Shown here in pieces: positions 10,519 through 19,518 of a stretch of 64,000 nt of DNA. The position numbers and the translations under genes are program-made. This DNA comes from Bdellovibrionales bacterium. GTDB taxonomy: Bacteria > Bdellovibrionota > Bdellovibrionia > Bdellovibrionales > JAKFYE01. Every line of letters begins with the position of its first letter. Within the stretch, counting starts at the first letter, position 1. The notes beneath the pieces are model-generated. The model ran no database searches. It had not been told where the DNA came from and was given only the letters and a program-made list of their open reading frames with translations. The stretch is taken from positions 226,338-290,337 of the forward strand of contig CBDBKL010000007.1 of assembly GCA_965206675.1 (NCBI GenBank). The letters run 5' to 3'.

Positions 10519-11467
10519 CTTTTAAGATATTTTTAGATGTTAACCAAAGGTTTTCAAGAGCTAATTGTCGATTGGTGGTTTGTTGAAGAGATTTTTCTGT
10601 CTCTATAGCTAATAATTCCAAATTTTCTAATTGATTTTTATCAAGTTTACTAAACTTTTTAATTTCTGATGTGGCATCAGCATGGTAAAGATATCTATTT
10701 TCTGAAGGAAAAACATAGATGTCTCTTAAAAATTGAATCCATATTTGAATAAGAAATTCTGTATTTTCTTTATCTTTTGCATATTCACCTAATATTTCCA
10801 AAGGTTTTAAAAGGTCATCATTAAAGAGCTGTGATATAAGTTTTTGAATGGATTTTCGAATTTTACTTTTTTGAGGATCTTTTAAAGCATTTGCTAGATC
10901 TAAGCGTCCCTGGCAGCTTTTGGCTATCCAATCAGGTAAATTCATGACCTGTTTTAATTCATTAAGATTGAGGGGCGCAAAATGTGTGATCTGAGATCGA
11001 GAACGAAGAGTGGGTAGAATATAATTTGGATTTGAAGTTATGAGGAAGAAATATGTACGGCTGGGTGGTTCTTCTAAGAGTTTTAAGAGTTTATTGCCAG
11101 CTTGAGGATTGAGTTTATGGGCATCATTGATAATAATTCCTCTTCCAGAACTTATATTTTTATAGGCTGTAAATCGGTGTATAGATCGAATTTCATCAAC
11201 TTTTATTTGCAGAGTTTCTGTTTGAATTTCCAAGAGGGATTCACTTTGTTGAAGAGCAATTCTTTGGCATTCAGGACATTTTCCACAAGGCTTTTTAGTT
11301 GACTCGCATACAAGAGCTTGGATGAAAGCATGGGCTAATAGACGTTTTCCAATACCAGAGGGGCCAACAAAAAGATGGGTTGTTGCTAATCTATCTTTTG
11401 CAATAGTGTTTAAGAAAGATTTTTTAATATGAGAATGTCCTACAATTTTATTTAAGAGGGGATCCAT
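10496..11467 (-). CDS. holB: DNA polymerase III subunit delta'
   Basis: GPSGIGK P-loop-like motif and CGKCPECQ zinc module. tmk-holB gene order. Confidence 0.8.
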   Translation of the reverse strand: MDPLLNKIVGHSHIKKSFLNTIAKDRLATTHLFVGPSGIGKRLLAHAFIQALVCESTKKPCGKCPECQRIALQQSESLLEIQTETLQIKVDEIRSIHRFTAYKNISSGRGIIINDAHKLNPQAGNKLLKLLEEPPSRTYFFLITSNPNYILPTLRSRSQITHFAPLNLNELKQVMNLPDWIAKSCQGRLDLANALKDPQKSKIRKSIQKLISQLFNDDLLKPLEILGEYAKDKENTEFLIQIWIQFLRDIYVFPSENRYLYHADATSEIKKFSKLDKNQLENLELLAIETEKSLQQTTNRQLALENLWLTSKNILKGDSYAMD

Positions 11468-12084
11468 TTTCTCCTCTCAAATTCTTTGAGGACAGCACTC
11501 AAAACAGTTTCTTTTGAGAGTTCTGCATTGATAACAAACCATGAATCTTTATTTTCTTTTGCCTGTTTTTCATAGCTTTCTAAAATTTTTTGATGAAAAG
11601 AAAAATCTTCTTTTTCAAAACGATCTTCTTTACGATCTTGGCGTCTTTTTTTGCTCTCTTTGGGATCTAATCTTAGCAGAACTGTTAAATCGGGGGTTAA
11701 ATTATGAGTGGCAAACATATTTAACCAGGAAACATCTTTTTCATTTAAACTACGGCCAGCCGCTTGAAAGGCCAGGCTACTGGCTATAAATCGATCACAG
11801 AGAACCCACTGTCCTTTTTTTAATTGAGGGCGGATAAGAGTGTCTACATGTTGAGATCGGATGGCTTCGTATAAAAGTAGCTCTGTTCTCGGTGTAGGGA
11901 TCTCTCCATCTGTTTTTAATAAGAAATGGCGAAGTTCTTCACCTAACTTCGTTCCACCAGGTTCTCTGGTGATACAAAATGGAACTTCATTATGTTTTAA
12001 TGCTTTGGCGATACCTTGAATAAGAGTTGTTTTTCCAGAGCCATCTAGACCCTCAAAAGCTATAAATCGCATAGGGCTTAGCAT
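11452..12084 (-). CDS. tmk: thymidylate kinase
   Basis: FEGLDGSGKTT P-loop and DRF motif. Confidence 0.9.
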   Translation of the reverse strand: MLSPMRFIAFEGLDGSGKTTLIQGIAKALKHNEVPFCITREPGGTKLGEELRHFLLKTDGEIPTPRTELLLYEAIRSQHVDTLIRPQLKKGQWVLCDRFIASSLAFQAAGRSLNEKDVSWLNMFATHNLTPDLTVLLRLDPKESKKRRQDRKEDRFEKEDFSFHQKILESYEKQAKENKDSWFVINAELSKETVLSAVLKEFERRKWIPS

Positions 12085-12327
12085 ACTTCTAGCTTAAAAA
12101 TCATGTCACGTTATTTTACTGATAAAAGTAAAAGTCATACTTTTTTCGATTTTTAAATTCTTTTTTTGAAGGGAGCGTTTCTTAAGAGAGTAAAAAATCT
12201 ATAAGTGGCATAGAAGTAACCTTGATTTCATATTAGGATTCTATTAAGATTTCTGAAAAACTGAGAGTTTAAAGAAGGTATAAAAGAGAAAGACAATTTT
12301 GAATGGTTTTCCTATTGAGGTATCAAA

Positions 12328-13236
12328 ATGACGCCAAATATTAAGAAAATTCTAAACCACTATGGATCGGACTCTCCGGGTGTTTTAAGTCAATTGGCAA
12401 AAATTTTAAACCATGGACGCCTTGGAGGCACAGGTAAAGTTGTCATTCTTCCTGTGGATCAGGGTTTTGAGCATGGACCGGCCAGGAGTTTTGCAAAAAA
12501 TGAGGCTGCCTATGACCCTTATTATCACTTTAAATTGGCTATTGAGGCGGGATGTAATGCCTATGCTGCTCCTTTGGGATTTCTGGAAGCAGGGGCAAGA
12601 GAGTTTGCAGGTGAAATTCCTCTCATATTAAAATTAAACAATTCAGATTCTCTTTTTACTCCTTCAGGTCCCATCTCTGCTGTCACAGGTTCTGTCGAAG
12701 CCGCTCTTAGATTAGGTTGTTCAGCTATTGGCTTTACAATTTATCCTGGCAGTTCCAATAGAAAATACATGTATGAGGAGTTTCAGAGGCTAGCAGAAGA
12801 GGCTAAAAGAGCAGGTTTAGCTGTTGTGTGCTGGTCCTATCCTAGAGGAGAGGGGTTATCAAAAAAAGGTGAAACGGCTATAGATGTTGTATCTTATGCG
12901 GCACAAATTGCAGCGCAACTGGGGGCTCATATTGTAAAAGTGAAACCGCCATCTTCACATGTTGAAATCAATAAAGCTATTTATGAGAATATTTCTATAG
13001 AGACGTTAGATCAGAGAGTTTCTCATGTTATGCAGTCCTGTTTTGAGGGAAAGCGAATTGTTATTTTTAGTGGTGGAGAAGCTAAGGGTAGGGAAGACAT
13101 TATTCAGGAGATTAAAAGCATTGCAAAGGGTGGAGGATATGGAAGTATTATGGGACGAAATGCCTTTCAACGTCCTTTTAAGGAAGCTGTTCAGCTTTTA
13201 AAGGACGTTATGGATATTTATGCAGGAAGTTTATGA
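12328..13236 (+). CDS. class I (DhnA/FbaB-type) fructose-bisphosphate aldolase
   Basis: LPVDQGFEHGP and IVKVK (Schiff-base Lys region) motifs. 4-nt overlap with lysS. Confidence 0.8.
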   Translation: MTPNIKKILNHYGSDSPGVLSQLAKILNHGRLGGTGKVVILPVDQGFEHGPARSFAKNEAAYDPYYHFKLAIEAGCNAYAAPLGFLEAGAREFAGEIPLILKLNNSDSLFTPSGPISAVTGSVEAALRLGCSAIGFTIYPGSSNRKYMYEEFQRLAEEAKRAGLAVVCWSYPRGEGLSKKGETAIDVVSYAAQIAAQLGAHIVKVKPPSSHVEINKAIYENISIETLDQRVSHVMQSCFEGKRIVIFSGGEAKGREDIIQEIKSIAKGGGYGSIMGRNAFQRPFKEAVQLLKDVMDIYAGSL

Positions 13237-14687
13237 CCAACACTCTTAAAATGGAAAAAAGAAAAAAGCTTCTTTCTTTAAAAAATAAAGGAATTGATAT
13301 TTTTCCTTATGAATTTACTCGTACTCATTCTAGTGAAGATCTTCGTAAGACATTTAAAGATTTAGAGACACAAGATGATCAAAAAATTCAAATGGCGGGT
13401 AGGGTTTTAACAAAGAGACCCATGGGAAAAGCTGCTTTTTTTACTTTTCAAGATCAAGAGGGAACATTTCAAGGTTATCTCAAAAAAGAAGATCTTTCTG
13501 AAAATGATTGTATATCTTTTGAGCACTTGGATATTGGTGATTTTGTAGGGTTAGAGGGTTTTGTTTTTAAGACAAAAAAGGGAGAATTGAGCTTAAGAGT
13601 TAAAGTTTTTAAAATATTGTGCAAAACATTGGAACCATTGCCTGAAAAATTCCATGGTCTGACAGATATTGAATTAAGATATAGGTATCGACACCTTGAT
13701 ATGGTGATGAATCCTGAAGTCCGAAAAATTTTTGTTACACGCCACAAAGTTTTTAAAGAGATTAGACATTTTTTGGATAGTCGAGACTTTTTAGAGATAG
13801 AAACTCCTATTTTACAACCTATATATGGAGGAGCTTTTGCTGAACCCTTTGTAACACATCATCGTTCCTTAGATATGCAACTTTATTTAAAAATCAGCCC
13901 TGAACTTTATTTAAAGCGATTGATTGTTGGAGGCTTTGATAAGGTTTATGACTTAAATCGAAATTTTAGAAATGAAGGAATTGATCGTTCTCATAATCCA
14001 GAATTTACAATGATAGAGTGGTATGAGGCTTATACTGACTATAATTATCAAATGAAACAGTTTGAAGACTTGGTTTCTACTGTAGCAGAGAGAGTGACTG
14101 GAAGTATGAAAATTAATTACCAAGGAAAAAGTATTGATTTTACTCCACCCTGGGAAAGACTTTCAGTGTATGAAGCTATTCAAAAGTATATGAATATTGA
14201 TGTCAAAGGTCTTTCTGATAAAGAACTTTGGTCCTGTGCTAAGGATAATGGAACCCTTTTGAAAGGGCCACCTTCTCGTGGAGAAATGATTTTAGAGATA
14301 TTTGAATTAGGTTGTGAAAAATATCTTTGGGATCCTGTTTTTATTAAAGATCATCCTATTGAATGTTCACCGTTGACAAAAAACCATAGAACGGAAAAAG
14401 GATTAGTTGAGAGGTTTGAACCTTTTGTAGCTTGTATGGAATTAGGAAATGCTTATTCTGAGCTTAATGATCCTATTGAACAAAGAGAAAGATTGATGGA
14501 ACAGAAAAAAGAGCAAACCCAAGGTGGTTTTATCCCTCCTTTAGATGAAGATTTTCTTCATGCTCTTGAAGTGGGAATGCCTCCAACGGGTGGCGTGGGT
14601 CTTGGTGTAGAGCGTTTGGTTATGCTATTAACAGATTCAGCTAGTATTCGTGATGTTATCCCTTTTCCTACAATGAAGATAAAGTGA
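13233..14687 (+). CDS. lysS: lysine--tRNA ligase (class II)
   Basis: FRNEGIDRSHNPEFTMIEWY motif 2 and GGVGLGVERL motif 3. Confidence 0.95.
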   Translation: MTNTLKMEKRKKLLSLKNKGIDIFPYEFTRTHSSEDLRKTFKDLETQDDQKIQMAGRVLTKRPMGKAAFFTFQDQEGTFQGYLKKEDLSENDCISFEHLDIGDFVGLEGFVFKTKKGELSLRVKVFKILCKTLEPLPEKFHGLTDIELRYRYRHLDMVMNPEVRKIFVTRHKVFKEIRHFLDSRDFLEIETPILQPIYGGAFAEPFVTHHRSLDMQLYLKISPELYLKRLIVGGFDKVYDLNRNFRNEGIDRSHNPEFTMIEWYEAYTDYNYQMKQFEDLVSTVAERVTGSMKINYQGKSIDFTPPWERLSVYEAIQKYMNIDVKGLSDKELWSCAKDNGTLLKGPPSRGEMILEIFELGCEKYLWDPVFIKDHPIECSPLTKNHRTEKGLVERFEPFVACMELGNAYSELNDPIEQRERLMEQKKEQTQGGFIPPLDEDFLHALEVGMPPTGGVGLGVERLVMLLTDSASIRDVIPFPTMKIK

Positions 14688-14690
14688 TTT

Positions 14691-15614
14691 ATGAGTTTAG
14701 AAGCTCGGGTTTATAAACGTTTAAAACCATTAAAAAACAGTTCAATTCTTATTGCTGTTTCTGGTGGTCGTGATTCGATGGTTCTGTTGGACCTATTGCT
14801 TCGCATTCAAGAAGGATTGGGGTTAAAAATTTCTGTTGTACACTGTCATCATGGACTGTGTTCTGATAAAAAAGTCGGTAAATATAGAGATCAAACCTGC
14901 TTTTTTGTTGAAAAAAAATGCATCTTTCTCAAAGTTCCTTTTTTTCTTGTTATGAATAAAGAAAAAGAATTGAGGTCAGAAGCAGAGATGCGTGCTTTTC
15001 GTATCAAATCTTATAAGAATGTTTTAGAGGAGCAAAATAGAGATTATATTTTCTTAGGCCATCACTGGGAAGATCAGCTAGAAACACGCTTAATACAACT
15101 TATCAGGGGAACGGGGAACTTAAAAGCTATGAAATTTTCTTCTCCGCCTTATATTCGTCCCTTTCTCACTGAAAGGATAATGGCCCTTAAAATGTACGCT
15201 GAACACCATCAAGTTCAGTGGGTGGAGGATCCGAGTAATCAAAATGTACAATTTTTAAGAAATTGGGTAAGATATAAGTGGCTAAAAGACTTAGAAGGTG
15301 AAAGAACTGGGGGAGTTGAAGCTCTTGGTCGATCTTTGGAACTTATTGCCAACATGTCTTATAAATATGAGCAAGAAGATAGGACACAGTTAGATCGCAA
15401 TTTGGATAGAAAAAAATTTATGTCTTTAGAGAGTGATATGAGAAGGAATGTTTTACACAAATGGCTGACGGGACGGGGATTTAGCTCATTTACCTTTTCT
15501 CAAATTGAGGAAGCTTTAAAACGCTTAAATCATTCTGCAAAAGAGAGTACATTTTATATTGGAGGGTGTCGCTGGACTATTGATGTACAACATATTAGAG
15601 TGGATCGGAATTAG
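14691..15614 (+). CDS. tilS: tRNA(Ile)-lysidine synthetase
   Basis: PP-loop VSGGRDS. Located upstream of ftsH, as is usual. Confidence 0.85.
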   Translation: MSLEARVYKRLKPLKNSSILIAVSGGRDSMVLLDLLLRIQEGLGLKISVVHCHHGLCSDKKVGKYRDQTCFFVEKKCIFLKVPFFLVMNKEKELRSEAEMRAFRIKSYKNVLEEQNRDYIFLGHHWEDQLETRLIQLIRGTGNLKAMKFSSPPYIRPFLTERIMALKMYAEHHQVQWVEDPSNQNVQFLRNWVRYKWLKDLEGERTGGVEALGRSLELIANMSYKYEQEDRTQLDRNLDRKKFMSLESDMRRNVLHKWLTGRGFSSFTFSQIEEALKRLNHSAKESTFYIGGCRWTIDVQHIRVDRN

Positions 15615-15639
15615 TCATCAAAGTCGATGACGTTTTTTT
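15614..15639 (+). terminator. rho-independent terminator-like hairpin after tilS
   Basis: GTCATC-AAAGTC-GATGAC stem-loop followed by G and T7. A fragment of it (AAAGTCGATG) is duplicated at 15851-15860. Confidence 0.5.
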
Positions 15640-15741
15640 GATTCGTATAAAGGAGGACTGTCGAAAAGGTATCAGATACGAGGCGTTCAAGCTCAAACCG
15701 AACGCAGGCGTAGTTTTTCCTACGTCGGAGTGAGTGTTTGA
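15638..15741 (+). repeat. Family-1 repeat, copy 1a (3'-truncated, lacks closing arm)
   Basis: TTGATTCGTATAAAGGAGGACTGTCGAAAAGGTATCAGATACGAGGCGTTCAAGCTCAAACCGAACGCAGGCGTAGTTTTTCCTACGTCGGAGTGAGTGTTTGA aligns to 1c. Confidence 0.85.
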
Positions 15742-15845
15742 TTTGTATTAGGAGGACTGTTGAAAAAGTGCCAGATACGAGGCGTTCAAGTTCAAATCGA
15801 ATGAAGGCGTAGTTTTTCCTACGTCGGAATGAGCTTTAATTGATT
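15738..15845 (+). repeat. Family-1 repeat, copy 1b (3'-truncated, more diverged)
   Basis: Joined to 1a through TTTGATT microhomology. Same block order, several substitutions. Confidence 0.8.
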
Positions 15846-15868
15846 ATAATAAAGTCGATGGAATTTTC

Positions 15869-16010
15869 TTGACTCGTATTAGGAGGACTGTCGAAAAGGT
15901 ATCAGATACGAGGCGTTCAAGCTCAAACCGAACGTAGGCGTAGTTTTCCTACGTCGGAGTGAGTGTTTGAGTGATTGCAACGAAGTAGATGATACCTTTT
16001 CGACAGTCCT
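15869..16010 (+). repeat. Family-1 repeat, copy 1c (complete; reference copy)
   Basis: Perfect 21-bp outer arms at 15884-15904 and 15990-16010 (AGGACTGTCGAAAAGGTATCA). Central hairpin GGCGTAG-TTTTC-CTACGTC. Confidence 0.9.
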
Positions 16011-16038
16011 TAGAGAACTTTGAAAGGATAAAGCTAGT

Positions 16039-18027
16039 ATGCGGACAAATCAAAAAACATTAGCTCTATGGGCCTTTATTTTTGTAGTTGTTATAGTGCT
16101 CTATCAAAAATATGGCAGAGAAATGAAAACAACAATTAGAGACTTTAGTCACTCTAAGTTCATGACGGCTGTAACTCAGGGTCATGTACAAAAAGTCACA
16201 TTTAATACTGAGACGGGTGAAATTTTTGGAGAGATGAAAGATGATTTTGTTAAAGAACACTATCAAGGAGCAAAACACTTTAAAATAGAGGGGAATACAA
16301 GTGATGAGGTTTATAAAGAGTTAAAGCAATATGGAATTACCCCTGATTATGTGCATTCTGATAATAAATCAATGTTATCGACACTCTTTTTAAATATACT
16401 GCCATTTTTATTTATTTTTATCATTATTTTACTTTTCATGAGACAGATTCAAATCGGTGGTGGAAGGGCAATGGGATTTGGTAAGAGTCGCGCTAAACTT
16501 CTTACTGAAAATAAAAATAAAAAGACCTTTAAAGATGTTGCCGGAGTTGATGAAGCAAAAGAAGAACTAGAAGAAATCATTCAATTTTTAAAAGATCCTA
16601 AAAAGTTTACCCGTTTAGGTGGACGCATTCCAAAGGGTGTTTTGTTAGTGGGACCTCCAGGAACAGGAAAAACATTATTAGCTAGGGCTGTGGCTGGTGA
16701 AGCGGGAGTTCCTTTTTTTAGTATATCAGGCTCTGACTTTGTTGAAATGTTTGTTGGTGTTGGAGCTTCGCGAGTTAGAGATTTATTCGAGCAAGGCAAA
16801 AAAAATGCTCCATGTCTTATTTTTATAGACGAAATTGATGCTGTCGGAAGGCATCGTGGCGCAGGAATGGGAGGGGGACATGATGAGAGGGAGCAAACTT
16901 TAAATCAATTGCTTGTTGAAATGGATGGATTTGAAAGTAATGATGGAGTGATTTTAATTGCGGCAACAAATAGACCTGATGTTTTAGATCCTGCACTTTT
17001 AAGACCGGGAAGATTTGATCGTAGAGTTATGGTGGGCAAACCTGATCTTAAGGGACGAAGTATGATTTTAGATGTGCATACTCGAAAGACACCATTAGCA
17101 AAAGAAGTGAGTTTAGAGAGAATAGCTAGAGGCACTCCTGGATTTTCAGGGGCTGACCTTGAAAATCTTGTAAATGAAGCTGCTCTATTAGCTGCTCGAA
17201 AAAATAAAAGAATGCTGGATATGGATGATTTAGAACAGGCTAAAGATAAAGTACTTATGGGAAGTGAAAGACGTTCTATGGTTATCAGTGATGAAGATAG
17301 GAAGATAACTGCTTATCATGAGGCGGGTCATACACTGGTTGGGAAAAAAATAAAAGGAATGGATCCGATACATAAAGTGACAATTATTCCTCGCGGGATG
17401 GCTCTTGGAGTGACACAAACTCTTCCTGAAGAGGATCGCTTGAATATGTCAAAACAAAAAGCAACCAATATGATTGCTTTTTTATTTGGTGGAAGAGCGG
17501 CTGAGGAATTAATTTTTGAAGATTTCACAACGGGAGCAGGTAATGACATTGAAAGGGCGACTGAAATTGCACGACGTATGGTCTGCGAATGGGGTATGAG
17601 TGATAAGTTAGGTCCTTTAACTTATGAAAAACGTGATGGACCTGTGTTTTTAGGAATGCAAGCAAACGATTCTAAGGAATATTCAGATGAAACAGCTTAT
17701 GAGATTGATAAAGAGGTAAAAGATCTTATTACGAAAGGGCATCAGCGAGCTATTCAAATATTAAAAGATAATTTGGATATTTTGAAAAATCTTGCAGAAG
17801 CTTTATTAGAAAAAGAAACTATTGATGGTGAAGAAGTTAACATGATTTGTGAAGGTAAAACTTTAGAAGATGTTGAGAAAATGAGAGAGCAAAGGATGAA
17901 AACTCTGGCTGAAGAATCCAAAATTAAAGAAAAGGAAGAAGAGAAGCGGTTACAAGAAGAGGCCAAAAAAAATAGTGAAGAAGAAGATTCAGGACCTGTT
18001 GGAGATCCTGGGCCTGTTACGGCATAG
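16039..18027 (+). CDS. ftsH: ATP-dependent zinc metalloprotease FtsH
   Basis: [11 protein letters not shown] Walker A, AAA module and HEAGHT zinc site. Confidence 0.97.
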   Translation: MRTNQKTLALWAFIFVVVIVLYQKYGREMKTTIRDFSHSKFMTAVTQGHVQKVTFNTETGEIFGEMKDDFVKEHYQGAKHFKIEGNTSDEVYKELKQYGITPDYVHSDNKSMLSTLFLNILPFLFIFIIILLFMRQIQIGGGRAMGFGKSRAKLLTENKNKKTFKDVAGVDEAKEELEEIIQFLKDPKKFTRLGGRIPKGVLLVGPPGTGKTLLARAVAGEAGVPFFSISGSDFVEMFVGVGASRVRDLFEQGKKNAPCLIFIDEIDAVGRHRGAGMGGGHDEREQTLNQLLVEMDGFESNDGVILIAATNRPDVLDPALLRPGRFDRRVMVGKPDLKGRSMILDVHTRKTPLAKEVSLERIARGTPGFSGADLENLVNEAALLAARKNKRMLDMDDLEQAKDKVLMGSERRSMVISDEDRKITAYHEAGHTLVGKKIKGMDPIHKVTIIPRGMALGVTQTLPEEDRLNMSKQKATNMIAFLFGGRAAEELIFEDFTTGAGNDIERATEIARRMVCEWGMSDKLGPLTYEKRDGPVFLGMQANDSKEYSDETAYEIDKEVKDLITKGHQRAIQILKDNLDILKNLAEALLEKETIDGEEVNMICEGKTLEDVEKMREQRMKTLAEESKIKEKEEEKRLQEEAKKNSEEEDSGPVGDPGPVTA

Positions 18028-18038
18028 TTCTTTTACCT

Positions 18039-18863
18039 TTGGGGGAAAACATTGTGTTTCAAAGGTTTTTAAATAATCTCAATTTAATGAAAGAAGCCTT
18101 TTATTTTGGCGATATCATAGATATTTTTCTTGTTTGGGTAATCGTTTATAAGGTTCTTCTTTTAATCAAAGAAACACGTGTCGTTCAAGTTCTGTCTGGT
18201 TTGGGTATTTTGACTCTCATTTATATTATGAGTATATGGTTTGGACTATTTACTCTGAATTGGCTTTTAGAAATATTGTTCAATAACTTATTTGTTATAG
18301 TTGTTGTTCTTTTTCAAAATGAAATAAGAAGAGCATTAGTTCATATTGGTAGAAATCCATTTTTTTGGAAAGTATCAGCTATAGAAGAAACGCAAGTTAT
18401 TGAAGATATAACGAAATCTGTTTTTCAACTTGCACAGAAAGGATGTGGGGCTCTTGTTGTTATAGAAAGAGAAATTAAACTGGATGAATTCATAGAAAGT
18501 GGAACAGAGTTGGACGCTCATGTTTCTGTCGAATTGATCAATTCTCTTTTTCAAGCTACAAGTCCTCTTCACGATGGAGGAATTCTTATTCGAAGGGGGC
18601 GTATATATAAAGCGGGATGTATATTACCTCTTACAAAGAGTACTTCAATAGATAAAAATTTAGGATTAAGGCATCGGGCAGGGGTTGGTCTTTCTGAGGA
18701 GACAGATGCTGTTATCATTATTGTAAGTGAAGAGAGTAGAGAAGTAGGACTTTCAGAGGGAGGAGAATTACAGTTAAAGTTAGATCCTATCTCATTAAGG
18801 ACAAGACTCTATAAATTATTCCGTTTAGAACAAAAATCTAAGGAATCTTATGAATTGGCTTAA
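18039..18863 (+). CDS. cdaA: diadenylate cyclase CdaA (DacA)
   Basis: Three N-terminal TM helices plus a DAC domain (DGGILI, RHRAGVGLSEETDA). Track start is TTG 18039. GTG 18054 behind GGGGG is an alternative. Confidence 0.9.
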   Translation: MGENIVFQRFLNNLNLMKEAFYFGDIIDIFLVWVIVYKVLLLIKETRVVQVLSGLGILTLIYIMSIWFGLFTLNWLLEILFNNLFVIVVVLFQNEIRRALVHIGRNPFFWKVSAIEETQVIEDITKSVFQLAQKGCGALVVIEREIKLDEFIESGTELDAHVSVELINSLFQATSPLHDGGILIRRGRIYKAGCILPLTKSTSIDKNLGLRHRAGVGLSEETDAVIIIVSEESREVGLSEGGELQLKLDPISLRTRLYKLFRLEQKSKESYELA

Positions 18864-19518
18864 GTGGATACAAAATAATGGTAGTTATAAAGTTGTTGCG
18901 TTATTTATAACACTTGTCTTATGGATAAGTGTTTTAGGGCGAAAAGAAGAAACAGCAGATAAATATATAGATATAGAATATAAGTTAAGAAGTAATAGAG
19001 CTATAAAAAACACTGTTGTTGATCAAATTATGTATAAAGTGGCTGGTTCTCGCCGATCTTTAACAAAATATATGGAAGAGGATTTAGAACCTATAATTAT
19101 TGACCTTACGGATGCGTCTTTAGGTCGTCGAGTTATTCAAACACCTACGGAAGGAATTGTTATTCCCTTTGGTACTAAAATAGTATCGGTTAATCCTAAG
19201 AGTATTATTGTCGATATTGATGAATTAATTGTAAAAAAAATTCCAGTGAAATTGACTTGGTCTGATACTTCTCCAGAGGAAATGGGTTATAAATTAGTGA
19301 GTATCAATCCTGAAAAAGTAAAAGTTGCAGGTGTACGAGATTCACTTTCGTTATTACAACATGTTCTTACAGAATCTATTGAATTAGATATTTTAGAACA
19401 AAATAAAAATCATGAGGATGGATTAACAATTGATATAAGAATTAGAGAAATTAACAAACCAGGAATTAAGGAACTAAAGGAAAAACAAGTTCAAGTTTTA
19501 TTAGAGAGGGTCCTTTAG
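18850..19518 (+). CDS. cdaR: CdaR/YbbR-domain regulator of CdaA
   Basis: N-terminal TM helix plus YbbR-like repeats. Conserved position between cdaA and glmM. Confidence 0.7.
   Translation: MNWLKWIQNNGSYKVVALFITLVLWISVLGRKEETADKYIDIEYKLRSNRAIKNTVVDQIMYKVAGSRRSLTKYMEEDLEPIIIDLTDASLGRRVIQTPTEGIVIPFGTKIVSVNPKSIIVDIDELIVKKIPVKLTWSDTSPEEMGYKLVSINPEKVKVAGVRDSLSLLQHVLTESIELDILEQNKNHEDGLTIDIRIREINKPGIKELKEKQVQVLLERVL

Noticed and set aside
15638-16010. Tandem repeats upstream of ftsH considered as a CRISPR array
   Set aside because: The units are ~100-130 bp and directly abutting, with no unique spacers. The same unit occurs singly at five other loci, and there are no cas genes in the window.
15869-16010. 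Family-1 element as a cis-regulatory riboswitch or leader specific to ftsH, or as a small-protein gene (AGGAGG near its 5' end)
   Set aside because: The same element occurs downstream of unrelated genes and between convergent genes. No ATG follows the AGGAGG, and copies differ by frame-breaking indels.
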